Below are positions 15,180 to 23,381 of a stretch of DNA of 40,450 bases, in pieces. The number at the start of each line of letters is the position of its first letter. Position 1 is the first letter of the stretch. A program made the translations under genes and the position numbers. The notes under the pieces are model-generated. The model was not told the origin of the DNA and did not search any database. It was given only the letters and a program-made list of their open reading frames with translations. Source of the stretch: a virus (taxonomy: Duplodnaviria > Caudoviricetes); IMG/VR virus record IMGVR_UViG_3300031965_000080, positions 1 through 40,450 of that record, one strand, 5' to 3'.

Positions 15180-15416
15180 TCAGGGTTTGGCCCTGGCGAT
15201 AGCGGCGCGGGCCTGCTCAATGAGGGTGAACATTTCGGGCGTCACCTTTACCATCCCGTGCCAGAACTCGCTTTTGATTAACCCTTCCAGCGCTGCGAGC
15301 AGTTCAGCGTTGCGGGCTTCGAGCGAGCCGACTTGGTTACGCAGGCTGGTTTCAAGGATGCGTATCTGTCGCAGGTCTGCGACAGTAATGCGCTCGTAGT
15401 CTGTGTCCTTGCTCAC
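15180..15416 (-). CDS. Hypothetical protein (ELLAALE...ARAAIARA family)
   Basis: AAGGAGGA RBS; GTGA overlap. Confidence 0.65.
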   Translation of the reverse strand: MSKDTDYERITVADLRQIRILETSLRNQVGSLEARNAELLAALEGLIKSEFWHGMVKVTPEMFTLIEQARAAIARAKP

Positions 15417-15541
15417 TTCGTCCTCCTTGGCCTTTGCCACGCCGTCGAGCTACATTTCGGGCATCGTACAGGCTGAGAGCCGTGTTGCTGGGAGGGTCTA
15501 GGCTCCCAAGTGTGGTTGCAGCGGAGACACGTGTAGGTCAT
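15413..15541 (-). CDS. 42-aa zinc-ribbon mini-protein (paralog of 2173-2328)
   Basis: MTYTCLRCNHTWEPRPSQQHGSQPVRCPKCSSTAWQRPRRTK; fills the gap between two co-oriented genes; not in the ORF track. Confidence 0.75.
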   Translation of the reverse strand: MTYTCLRCNHTWEPRPSQQHGSQPVRCPKCSSTAWQRPRRTK

Positions 15542-15544
15542 GAC

Positions 15545-15916
15545 TTAGCCTGGGCCAATGGTGGCGCGACAGCTTGCGGCGGCGCTTGCTATCTCAAGGA
15601 CTGTGGGCTCATCGAGGAACCTTATCTCCCCGCCTCCGATGTCCTCCAGCCATGCCGTAGCCTGCTTCAGCGCCGCCAGTAGATTGCGGTTCTGAGTTCG
15701 GAGGGTTGTTTCGAGTTCATTCTGAACGCTGGATTTTGCTTTCCACAGGGCGAGTTGGGTTTCCAGGCTTTCAATCTGGGTCTCTTCGGGGAATGCTTGT
15801 CGGTGCAGCCGCCGCTCTGCTTTTCTTGCCTCCTCACTCATCCTTGGCCCATCGAACACTTGTCGCTGTTGTGGTGTTTCCTTGTCGAGTCCTGCGAAGT
15901 ACGCATCGAATGGCAT
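15545..15916 (-). CDS. Hypothetical coiled-coil protein
   Basis: AAGGAGGA RBS; first gene after a strong promoter. Confidence 0.7.
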   Translation of the reverse strand: MPFDAYFAGLDKETPQQRQVFDGPRMSEEARKAERRLHRQAFPEETQIESLETQLALWKAKSSVQNELETTLRTQNRNLLAALKQATAWLEDIGGGEIRFLDEPTVLEIASAAASCRATIGPG

Positions 15917-15950
15917 CGTGTCCTCCTTGCTACTCCCGTTCGACAGTCAC

Positions 15951-15979
15951 AACATACACCACCACTACCACCATGTCAA
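15951..15979 (-). promoter_or_regulatory. Strong sigma70-type promoter
   Basis: TTGACA-17 bp (TGGTGGTAGTGGTGGTG)-TATGTT on the minus strand. Confidence 0.75.
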
Positions 15980-16041
15980 AGGGGTGTATGGTGAAGTTTC
16001 TTAGCCGTGGTTGGCGCTACACGGTACCGGATAGACGTTTG

Positions 16042-16050
16042 TGCTAGAAT
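16042..16050 (+). promoter_or_regulatory. Extended -10 promoter (candidate late/packaging promoter)
   Basis: TGCTAGAAT 10 nt before ATG 16061. Confidence 0.5.
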
Positions 16051-16060
16051 AGGTGCCAAG

Positions 16061-16264
16061 ATGTGCCCCCGATGTGGTGGCGTTCTGTTCAAGGAGTATG
16101 GTGACATTGTCTGCCTCCCTTGTGGATGGCGCGAGATCACCCTGAAGCCCTGGCCCGTCAGGGTGGGTGTCTACCGGCGGAGTCCCGGTAGCGGCCGCTG
16201 CCGCGATTGTGGTGGGGGCTCACGGTCGTTCAAGCACCGCGATCAGTGTGTGGTGATGGTATGA
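16061..16264 (+). CDS. Small zinc-finger protein
   Basis: MCPRCGG.L..EYGDIVCLPCGW...CRDC. Confidence 0.65.
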   Translation: MCPRCGGVLFKEYGDIVCLPCGWREITLKPWPVRVGVYRRSPGSGRCRDCGGGSRSFKHRDQCVVMV

Positions 16265-16298
16265 GCATGGACGCAGCTCCGGCGATGGCGGCGATGAA

Positions 16299-16580
16299 GT
16301 GAGGATACATGTCGACATCGACCCGTGGGCCATCGGGTGTCGCGTCTATCTCAATGGCGCTGACATCTCGCGCTGGTGCAAAGGTGCCGATGACGAGACG
16401 GGCACGGTCATTGTGGCCAGGGATGTACATATGCTCGGCCTGCCGGAGATAGGGCCGGAGCGAACCGTCACCACTGTATTAGGCGAGCCTTATGAGGAGG
16501 AATGGGAAGTTGCTGTCAATGGCGTGCTGGAGATACGCGGGGTAGAGAAGGCACGCGAGAGCTTCGATGGCGGGCGGTGA
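16299..16580 (+). CDS. Hypothetical protein
   Basis: Fills the operon upstream of terS. Confidence 0.5.
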   Translation: MRIHVDIDPWAIGCRVYLNGADISRWCKGADDETGTVIVARDVHMLGLPEIGPERTVTTVLGEPYEEEWEVAVNGVLEIRGVEKARESFDGGR

Positions 16581-16584
16581 AGTA

Positions 16585-17106
16585 ATGGCGCATAAGAACG
16601 GCGCGAAGCCGAAGGGCCGTCAGCGCAAGTACACAGCCCCTGAACGCTTGGGGTATATGATGCTGGCTCTTCAGACCAGCTCGGAGCAGGTGGAGGCTGA
16701 ATACAAGGTTCCAGCACGCACGATCCGCCAATGGTTCGATGCTGCTGGCGGTATAGCCGAATGCCGCCGCTGGCTCGAAGCGGAAGTGCTGACTTCCTAC
16801 CTCCAATCGCGGCGCGCAGTTTTCCAGGCCGTAATGGACCGCGCCCCCGATCTTGGCGAAGAGCAGTTGATGGAGACATATCGCAAGATGGTGACGCCTG
16901 CCGAATCTCATGGCGTGAACATCAACCTAACCCAGCAGCAGGCACAGGGGGTCGATGGCCGCAACCTCAGCGCAGCCGAATCAGCTTACGTTGCCGCCCT
17001 TAGAGGGCAGCCGTCTACTGAGAGTGGGGAGGATGTTTCCCTTCCCGCTCTACCGCTACCAAGCAACGGTACTGGCGGACCGCTCCCCTCTGAGGATAGT
17101 GAATAA
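16585..17106 (+). CDS. terS: Terminase small subunit (HTH)
   Basis: RKYT.......EYKVPARTIRQW HTH; directly upstream of terL. Confidence 0.65.
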   Translation: MAHKNGAKPKGRQRKYTAPERLGYMMLALQTSSEQVEAEYKVPARTIRQWFDAAGGIAECRRWLEAEVLTSYLQSRRAVFQAVMDRAPDLGEEQLMETYRKMVTPAESHGVNINLTQQQAQGVDGRNLSAAESAYVAALRGQPSTESGEDVSLPALPLPSNGTGGPLPSEDSE

Positions 17107-18187
17107 GGCCCGTCAAACCGGCCTCTCGACAATTATGATGGGTGAGGCGGTGGATGCCGCCTTCACTGAGCCCGGCACCCTTTCCCTGTTCGTCTCCCGC
17201 AACATGGACGCCGCCGTCCACCTTCTGTCTTACGGCTATCGTGTCATGCGTCGTCTGAACCTAATGGGCGAACTGACTAAAGCCAACGAGATGGAGATGG
17301 CCCTGACCAATGGCTCCAGGCTAAAGTCCCTGGCTTCTTCTCGTGATACAGGCCGAGGCTTCGATGCGAACAAGGTTTACGTGGACGAGCAGGCTCACCA
17401 GCTATACGGTGACGAAATCTATGAGTCGGTGGGGCCGACAATCGCTAGGGGCGGGACATTCACGATTCTCAGCACCCCGAAGGGCCGCCGCAACCTGTTC
17501 TATCGCATCTGGGCAGGGCTAGAAGGCGGGAGATGGTCTCGCCATACTATCGATTGGCGTAAGTGCCCTGTCTACGACCAGGCGTGGTACGAACGCGAAC
17601 GCCCCAAGTACACAGCCCAGCAGTGGGCGCAGGAGTTTGATTGCGACTTCATTGAATCGGGGCTGACGCGCTTCCGTGTTGGTGACATCGAGGCGGCACA
17701 TGAGGGGGCGATAGGACTACACGAACCGAAGGAAGGCAGGCGCTACCTGAACGCCTGGGACATTGGCCGGCACCATGACGCGACAGTCGGGATAACGCTT
17801 GACGTGACCGAGGAGCCGTACCAGGTCGCCGCCTTTCAGCGCCATCAAGGATTGCCCTATCCGCGCCAAATATCGCTAATCGATGCCCACGGCGAATGGT
17901 ACAAAGGCGATACCGTGATTGATTCCACGGGCCTCGGAGATGTAATGCTGGAAAACCTGAACTGCCGAGCGGACGGGTTTCACTTTAGCGCCAAGTCCAA
18001 ACAACAGGCACTGGATGCGCTATCATTGCTGCTGGAGCAGAGGCGTCTCAAGTTCCCGTACATCCGGGAGCTAGAGGAGGAGCTATTGGGCTACGAGGAT
18101 AACGACCAGGGCATCATGCAGGACTGCGTGATGGCGCTGGCGATGGGGGCGTACAAGGTCTCAGGAGTGGGTCTGTGGGCGCTGTGA
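17033..18187 (+). CDS. terL: Terminase large subunit
   Basis: YQ motif, Walker A KARQTGLS, Walker B VYVDE, STPKG coupling motif, nuclease WDIG and DCVMALA; start codon uncertain. Confidence 0.93.
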   Translation: MFPFPLYRYQATVLADRSPLRIVNKARQTGLSTIMMGEAVDAAFTEPGTLSLFVSRNMDAAVHLLSYGYRVMRRLNLMGELTKANEMEMALTNGSRLKSLASSRDTGRGFDANKVYVDEQAHQLYGDEIYESVGPTIARGGTFTILSTPKGRRNLFYRIWAGLEGGRWSRHTIDWRKCPVYDQAWYERERPKYTAQQWAQEFDCDFIESGLTRFRVGDIEAAHEGAIGLHEPKEGRRYLNAWDIGRHHDATVGITLDVTEEPYQVAAFQRHQGLPYPRQISLIDAHGEWYKGDTVIDSTGLGDVMLENLNCRADGFHFSAKSKQQALDALSLLLEQRRLKFPYIRELEEELLGYEDNDQGIMQDCVMALAMGAYKVSGVGLWAL

Positions 18188-18288
18188 GGCGGTTGGCGAT
18201 GCTCACTGTGACCGTCGTGGCGCTGATCGGGATGGCGCTCGGTAGCGGGCTGGCGTTGCGCCTGTTCATGTGGGCGGCGGGGATATGA
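18184..18288 (+). CDS. 34-aa single-TM peptide
   Basis: GTGA overlap with the terL stop; MRRLAMLTVTVVALIGMALGSGLALRLFMWAAGI. Confidence 0.55.
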   Translation: MRRLAMLTVTVVALIGMALGSGLALRLFMWAAGI

Positions 18289-18292
18289 AGGT

Positions 18293-18829
18293 TTATGTTG
18301 GTGGCTGCGTAGACAAGACGCGATCATTCTTGCCGATGTTGCATTCTTGGCAGGCGGTCACGAGATTGACGGAATCAGATGTTCCGCCCTTGGATAAAGG
18401 ATAGACGTGATCAACGTGCAACTTCACCCCATCTTCGCGGGCAGAGCGGCCACAGTAGCGGCAGCGGAAGCCATCCCGCTCAAGAATGGAGAAGCGGTCA
18501 GTTCGAGCCTGCTTCGCTTTAGGGCGGATGCCACGTCTCCATGCAGTTACTTTACAGTTAGCCGAGCAATAGATACGGCTATCTGGTCCCACGAATGGTT
18601 GATTGCACCAGTGGCAAAGCTGTTCGTAGCGGGTTCGTTGCTTGGTGAGCGGGGATCGCGGCTTTTCCTGTGGTCTGTCGTAATGAGTCCATCCCACCGC
18701 TGTATCGGCCTTCGCTCTGTCTTGCGCTTCGGTTCGGCACTCAAGGCAGCAATAATCGCTGCCTGTGCCCAAATCTTCATCGACTTCATTCCCACAGGTT
18801 TCATTTGCGCACTGTCGCGGTATCATCAT
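18293..18829 (-). CDS. Free-standing HNH endonuclease with N-terminal zinc fingers
   Basis: RFSILERDGFRCRYCG..LHVDHV.P.SKGG...NLVTAC.ECNIGK; own promoter-like TTGGCG-18-TACCAT 6 nt before the ATG (leaderless). Confidence 0.85.
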   Translation of the reverse strand: MMIPRQCANETCGNEVDEDLGTGSDYCCLECRTEAQDRAKADTAVGWTHYDRPQEKPRSPLTKQRTRYEQLCHWCNQPFVGPDSRIYCSANCKVTAWRRGIRPKAKQARTDRFSILERDGFRCRYCGRSAREDGVKLHVDHVYPLSKGGTSDSVNLVTACQECNIGKNDRVLSTQPPT

Positions 18830-18962
18830 AGTTACATGGTAACACGTCGGTATCACGCCCGCCAAAGGGCCTACCGGCAGAGGAAGCGATGACGTTTTCT
18901 CGGACACGTTCACGGCGCCCGCGCCGCAACGAAGAGCGATCTAGCAGCAGAAGGAGAAGGAC

Positions 18963-19511
18963 ATGGGCAAGAATGACATCGTAGTCGTGAGGCCGTTCGC
19001 GCCGGCGGCCGCGCTGGAGCTGTTCACGAAGCGGCTGAAGAAGGCTCTCCTAGCGCATGGCCTGAAGCCGATGGGCGGCGGCGCCGCTGGCGCCTGGACG
19101 TTCACCGACGTAGGGCTCACGAAGCTTGTAGACGGTACGTTCGACATCGACACCGACTCCTTCAAGATGGCCCTGTTCCTGAGCACGTCAAACATCGGGG
19201 CTGCGTCCACCACCTACGCTGCCGTGACCGGCGAGCACGCCAACGGCAACGGCTACACGACCGGCGGCATCGCCGTCGCGCTAACTCTGGCGGGCACGAC
19301 CACGGTGACGGTGGACATCACCACCGACCCCGTGTGGACAGCCTCCGGCGGTTCCATCGTGGCCAGGTTCGCGGTGATCTACGAGGTTGGCGGCAACGTT
19401 CTGTGCTACTGCCTGCTGGACTCAACGCCTGCCGATGTCACGGCCACAGACGGCAACACCCTCACAGTCGCGGCCCACGCGAGCGGAGTCTTCACCCTAA
19501 CCGCAGCCTAG
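18963..19511 (+). CDS. Virion structural protein (fibre or decoration-like, beta-rich)
   Basis: AAGGAGAAGG RBS; DTDSFKMALF..GYTTGG..DPVWTA....ARFAVIY pattern resembles a widespread phage structural family. Confidence 0.65.
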   Translation: MGKNDIVVVRPFAPAAALELFTKRLKKALLAHGLKPMGGGAAGAWTFTDVGLTKLVDGTFDIDTDSFKMALFLSTSNIGAASTTYAAVTGEHANGNGYTTGGIAVALTLAGTTTVTVDITTDPVWTASGGSIVARFAVIYEVGGNVLCYCLLDSTPADVTATDGNTLTVAAHASGVFTLTAA

Positions 19512-19533
19512 AGGGCGTGGGGGGCGCGTGTAG

Positions 19534-20874
19534 ATGAGTTTCTTCGAAGACACCTTCACCGTCGACGCGCTGACCAACCTGGATGACCACCCTCCAGACG
19601 TTGGCACGTCGTGGACGGCGCTGTGGCAGACGACGGCGGGCCAAGGCTTCGAGATCACCGCCGCCAACGACAACTGCCGCCAGCAGAACCGTGCCAGCAA
19701 GGGTACCATCCACACCGCCGATGCTACCTACCCGTCCGCTGACTACGAACTGGTAGTAAGCGACCTCCACCTCAATCGGGGGGCGGCCGTGGACGACCCA
19801 CTCTATCTCCTCGTCCGCATTCAGGACGAGGAGAACATGTACGCCGTCCGATTGATAGACAATACGGATACGGGCAACGAGTGCCAGCTCTACAAGAAGG
19901 TGGCAGGCACCTGGACGGCGTTGGGCTCTGCGTTCGCGCCGCCTGCCGACGGCTCCCTCTGCAAGCTGGAGATTATCGGCAGCGCCCTGAAGTTCTACGA
20001 CGACGGCGTAGAGGTCGCCAGCGCCACGGACACCGCAATCACGGCGGCGGGCAAGGCCGGTCTCGGTGGCGGAGGCGGCACGGAGCTGGTCGTATCGACC
20101 GATGACCTCAACAACGCCAACTACGTCGATACGCTGTCAATCAATGACCTGGCAACGGGGGGGGTCACCGTCACCCCCACCACGGCCGCTCTGACGCTGA
20201 CCACCTTCGCTCCCACGGTTCTGACGCCCCGCCTGGTCACGCCTGGGGTGGTCGCCCTCGCCCTCACCACCTTTGCCCCCACCGTCGGAATTGGCGTAGT
20301 CGTTACCCCGACGACGGCGGTTCTGACCCTGACGTCGTTCAACCCTACCGTCCAGACGCCGGTAGTGGTGACGCTGGGGGTGCTGGCGTTGACGCTGACG
20401 ACGTTCGCCCCGACCGTCACGGCAGGCGGCAACGTTGTCGTCACCCCGACGACGTTGGCGCTGACGCTCACCACCTTCGCGCCCACCGTCACCGTCTCCG
20501 GCGATGTCGTTGTCACGCCGACGACGCTCGCCCTCACGTTGACCACGTTCGCCCCTACCGTCCTTACGCCCAGGCTGGTCACTCCCGGCGTTCTCAGCCT
20601 CACCCTGACCATGTTCGCGCCCACCGTCCAGATCGGCATCATCGTGACGCCGGGCACCCTGGCCCTCGTCCTGACGCTGTTCGCTCCCACCGTTCTGACC
20701 CCTCGTCTACTCACGCCGGGTACGCTGACCTTGATCCTGACCACGTTCGCGCCTACCCTCGACAACCTATCAATTACGGAGGCTTCCGTTCAGGCCCGCA
20801 AGACCCATCCTCCACGGGGTCATCATGGACATCTGCTAGAGTCTAGTGGACTCTTGCGAGGGAGAAGGATATGA
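19534..20874 (+). CDS. Putative virion fibre: N-terminal lectin-like beta domain plus 9 Thr-rich repeats
   Basis: Nine copies of VTP.T.ALTLTTFAPTV at about 20165-20760. Confidence 0.7.
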   Translation: MSFFEDTFTVDALTNLDDHPPDVGTSWTALWQTTAGQGFEITAANDNCRQQNRASKGTIHTADATYPSADYELVVSDLHLNRGAAVDDPLYLLVRIQDEENMYAVRLIDNTDTGNECQLYKKVAGTWTALGSAFAPPADGSLCKLEIIGSALKFYDDGVEVASATDTAITAAGKAGLGGGGGTELVVSTDDLNNANYVDTLSINDLATGGVTVTPTTAALTLTTFAPTVLTPRLVTPGVVALALTTFAPTVGIGVVVTPTTAVLTLTSFNPTVQTPVVVTLGVLALTLTTFAPTVTAGGNVVVTPTTLALTLTTFAPTVTVSGDVVVTPTTLALTLTTFAPTVLTPRLVTPGVLSLTLTMFAPTVQIGIIVTPGTLALVLTLFAPTVLTPRLLTPGTLTLILTTFAPTLDNLSITEASVQARKTHPPRGHHGHLLESSGLLRGRRI

Positions 20875-22949
20875 GCATCTTCGAGGCTTGGGCTGCCCCG
20901 GTCCGGTACAAGGGGCTCGATCTGATCCCGACCTGGCAAAAGCAGACCCCCCAGGAGACAGGCCAGGAGCTAAGGAACTGGATCGATGAGGGGTACAGCA
21001 AGAACTCACTGATCTACGCCTGCATTGAGGAGATTGCCACGTCCTTTGCGGAACTGCCCCCCCAACTGCTACTGCCCGGCGGCGATGGGTTGGAGGAGGC
21101 GGAGAGTCATGAGATTCTTGACCTCTTGGCTGACCCTAACGAGAGCATGGACGGTTATGAGTTCCTGGCGACGATGGCGACACAGCACCGTGCAGCGGGG
21201 AACGTCTACATTCACAAGGTCCGGCGGTCGGACGTGCCAGATCGCAACCGCTCATTCAGGGCTATCAAGGAGCTTCAGCTTATCCGGCCCGATTACGTCC
21301 AGATAAAGCCCGCGAAGCGCCGCGAGGATGACGTGTTCGAGGTCAGCGTGGACGGGAACGTAAGGGCACGGCTCCCCCGGCGTGATGTAATCCACTGGCG
21401 CACCCGCAACCTGATAAACGACTTCTATGGGCTCTCGCCTGTGGCTCTTCTGGTCTTTGAGGGGAACGTCGACTCGGAGATGACCAAGTTCGACTGGGCA
21501 TTCTTCCGTAACGCCGGTGTCCCGCTGGGCATCCTCAGGACCACCAAGAAGCCGACGCCCGACGAGACGAAGGAGATCAAGGGTGCGTTTCGGCGGATGT
21601 TCAGTGGGATGCGTAAGTGGTTTGAGGTGATGATTCTCCCCGCTGAGGGTGCCGATTACCAGCAGTTGGGTTTGCCAATCAAGGATATGGAGATGCCGGG
21701 AACGCGGGCTCACGTTGAGTCGCGAATCTGCTCCGTGTTCGGGGTGCCGCCTATCCTTGTTGGGGCCAGGGTCGGCCTGGAGGCCGCTGGGGGGCTCACA
21801 ACGACGTCGATTGAGGGATCGCAGTTCTCCTTCTGGTCGGAGACGATGAGCCCGCTAGGTCGCTCCTGGGCATCTCGGATGACGCAGGAACTGTTCAGCG
21901 AGTACAGGACACCACAGCAGCGGGGTGCCGTACTGGGGCTGGACCTGTCCCGCGTCAAGGCTCTCCAGGAGGACAACAGCGACCGGCTCAAGGTAGCGGA
22001 CACCCTGATTCGCAGCGGTGGTTTCACGGTGAACGAAGCACTGGCGCAGGTGGGGCTTCCCGCCATCGACGGGGCGGACTTCTATGTCCGTGCGCTGAAC
22101 CAGGTGGTTGAGACGCCGGTGATGGCTAGCATCAACGGACGCAGGGCCGCTGCCATGCTCATTGAGCCGGAGGTCAAGCGGTTGACGCCACGGGAGCGGC
22201 TGGCCGAGCGCGCCGAGGATGCATTCGCGGATTTCTTCGAGGCACAGGGCCAGAGAGTCGCGGCCCGCTTGCCGAAGAAGGCGCTGGACGTGGGAGACCT
22301 GCTTCCTTCGGAGGAAGAGGAGCTTTTGCGCCGGGCGATACTGGGCTACTGGCAGGAGGCGATAGAGCAGGGTTGGGAGATCGGGGCTGCTGAGGTGGGG
22401 CTGCCGCCGGGGATAGATCACGGCGACCCCCGCGTCGTGCGGCTTTTGGCGGACGGCGGGGAGCGCATCGGTGGTATCACGGAGGAAACCCGCCGCCAGG
22501 TACAACAGGCGCTCTTGACGGCGCGCAACGAGGGGCTGTCGGTGCGCCAGACATCCAGGCTGCTCCAGGACCTCCCCGCGTTCTCACGCGCTAGGGCGCA
22601 GATGGTGGCTAGGACGGAGCTAGGCACGGCGGATAACCTTGCCGCCGCCGCCCGGTATCGTGAGGCTGGCCTAACCCATGTTCAGGTCTTTGATGGTGAC
22701 GGCGATCCTGGGTGCGCTGCGGCGAACGGTGCGATCTGGACGATTGAGGAGTTTGAGGCGAACCCGCTGGAGCATCCGAACTGTGTCCGGTCGCGGGCTC
22801 CGGTGATTCAGGAAGCGGGGAACGGGGCGCACGAAATCAAGGAAGCTCGCTGCCCTGAGTGCAACCGGCTGCTGGCGAAGGACGTTAGGGGGGCGACGAT
22901 CCGCTGCCCGAAGTGCAAGAACGAGGCGCGATTCGGGGTGACGGTATGA
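20871..22949 (+). CDS. HK97-type portal fused to a MuF/gp7-like minor head domain and a C-terminal Com-like zinc finger
   Basis: IYACI..IA, P..V, VIHWR...DFYGLSP, FF.NAG.P, I..VFGVPP, T.NE; then RAQMVARTE...HPNC.R; then RCPECNRLLAK.....IRCPKCK. Confidence 0.88.
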   Translation: MSIFEAWAAPVRYKGLDLIPTWQKQTPQETGQELRNWIDEGYSKNSLIYACIEEIATSFAELPPQLLLPGGDGLEEAESHEILDLLADPNESMDGYEFLATMATQHRAAGNVYIHKVRRSDVPDRNRSFRAIKELQLIRPDYVQIKPAKRREDDVFEVSVDGNVRARLPRRDVIHWRTRNLINDFYGLSPVALLVFEGNVDSEMTKFDWAFFRNAGVPLGILRTTKKPTPDETKEIKGAFRRMFSGMRKWFEVMILPAEGADYQQLGLPIKDMEMPGTRAHVESRICSVFGVPPILVGARVGLEAAGGLTTTSIEGSQFSFWSETMSPLGRSWASRMTQELFSEYRTPQQRGAVLGLDLSRVKALQEDNSDRLKVADTLIRSGGFTVNEALAQVGLPAIDGADFYVRALNQVVETPVMASINGRRAAAMLIEPEVKRLTPRERLAERAEDAFADFFEAQGQRVAARLPKKALDVGDLLPSEEEELLRRAILGYWQEAIEQGWEIGAAEVGLPPGIDHGDPRVVRLLADGGERIGGITEETRRQVQQALLTARNEGLSVRQTSRLLQDLPAFSRARAQMVARTELGTADNLAAAARYREAGLTHVQVFDGDGDPGCAAANGAIWTIEEFEANPLEHPNCVRSRAPVIQEAGNGAHEIKEARCPECNRLLAKDVRGATIRCPKCKNEARFGVTV

Positions 22950-23113
22950 AATTGCGGCACAATCCTGAGAATATCCACGCTTGTTACTGTGCCTGCCATA
23001 ATGGAACTCCAGGCCTCCGTGACGACCCCGCCTGCCTGGACTGCGGGGTCTTGATTTGTCCAACATGTACCCAGGTCGTCCCGCCAAGGCTGCTGAGTGT
23101 GGTGCGCTCGTGA
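22946..23113 (+). CDS. 55-aa Cys/His-rich protein
   Basis: ATGA overlap; HACYCACH..CLDC..CPTC. Confidence 0.55.
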   Translation: MKLRHNPENIHACYCACHNGTPGLRDDPACLDCGVLICPTCTQVVPPRLLSVVRS

Positions 23114-23238
23114 GCAAGCGTAGCCGCGCCCAGAATAAGAAGCGCCAGAAGAGCGAGGGGCGCGAGCGGCAGAAGCAGCGCAACGAGCGGAAGCAGAGCG
23201 CCAAGAAGTCGCGGGCGGAGCACGGGATTAAGCGTTAG
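23110..23238 (+). CDS. 42-aa highly basic peptide
   Basis: GTGA overlap; MSKRSRAQNKKRQKSEGRERQKQRNERKQSAKKSRAEHGIKR. Confidence 0.55.
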   Translation: MSKRSRAQNKKRQKSEGRERQKQRNERKQSAKKSRAEHGIKR

Positions 23239-23242
23239 AACC

Positions 23243-23272
23243 TTGACATCCTGAACCGTTCACCCGCATAAT
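23243..23272 (+). promoter_or_regulatory. Promoter of the capsid/tail operon
   Basis: TTGACA-18 bp-CATAAT; palindrome TGAAC-C-GTTCA in the spacer. Confidence 0.75.
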
Positions 23273-23318
23273 CTAGCCAACAACTGAATACAGGGCCACA
23301 GAGTTCTTCGGAACCAGA

Positions 23319-23367
23319 GCCCGTTTCTAGAGCGTCTTAAGACGCCCGGAAGCGGGCTTTTTGTTTT
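23319..23367 (+). terminator. Intrinsic terminator (attenuator) in the 5' leader of the protease/capsid operon
   Basis: GCCCGTTTC...GAAGCGGGC stem with inner palindrome GCGTCTTAAGACGC, followed by TTTTTGTTTT, ahead of the RBS. Confidence 0.75.
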
Positions 23368-23381
23368 GCCCTGGAGGAAAC

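Noticed and set aside
20121-20765. 214-aa antisense ORF with Val/Arg repeats
   Set aside because: Shadow of the Thr-rich repeat gene on the + strand.
23252-23262. LexA/SOS box in the capsid promoter
   Set aside because: GAAC-N1-GTTC does not match the GAAC-N4-GTTC spacing; it may still be an operator for another protein.
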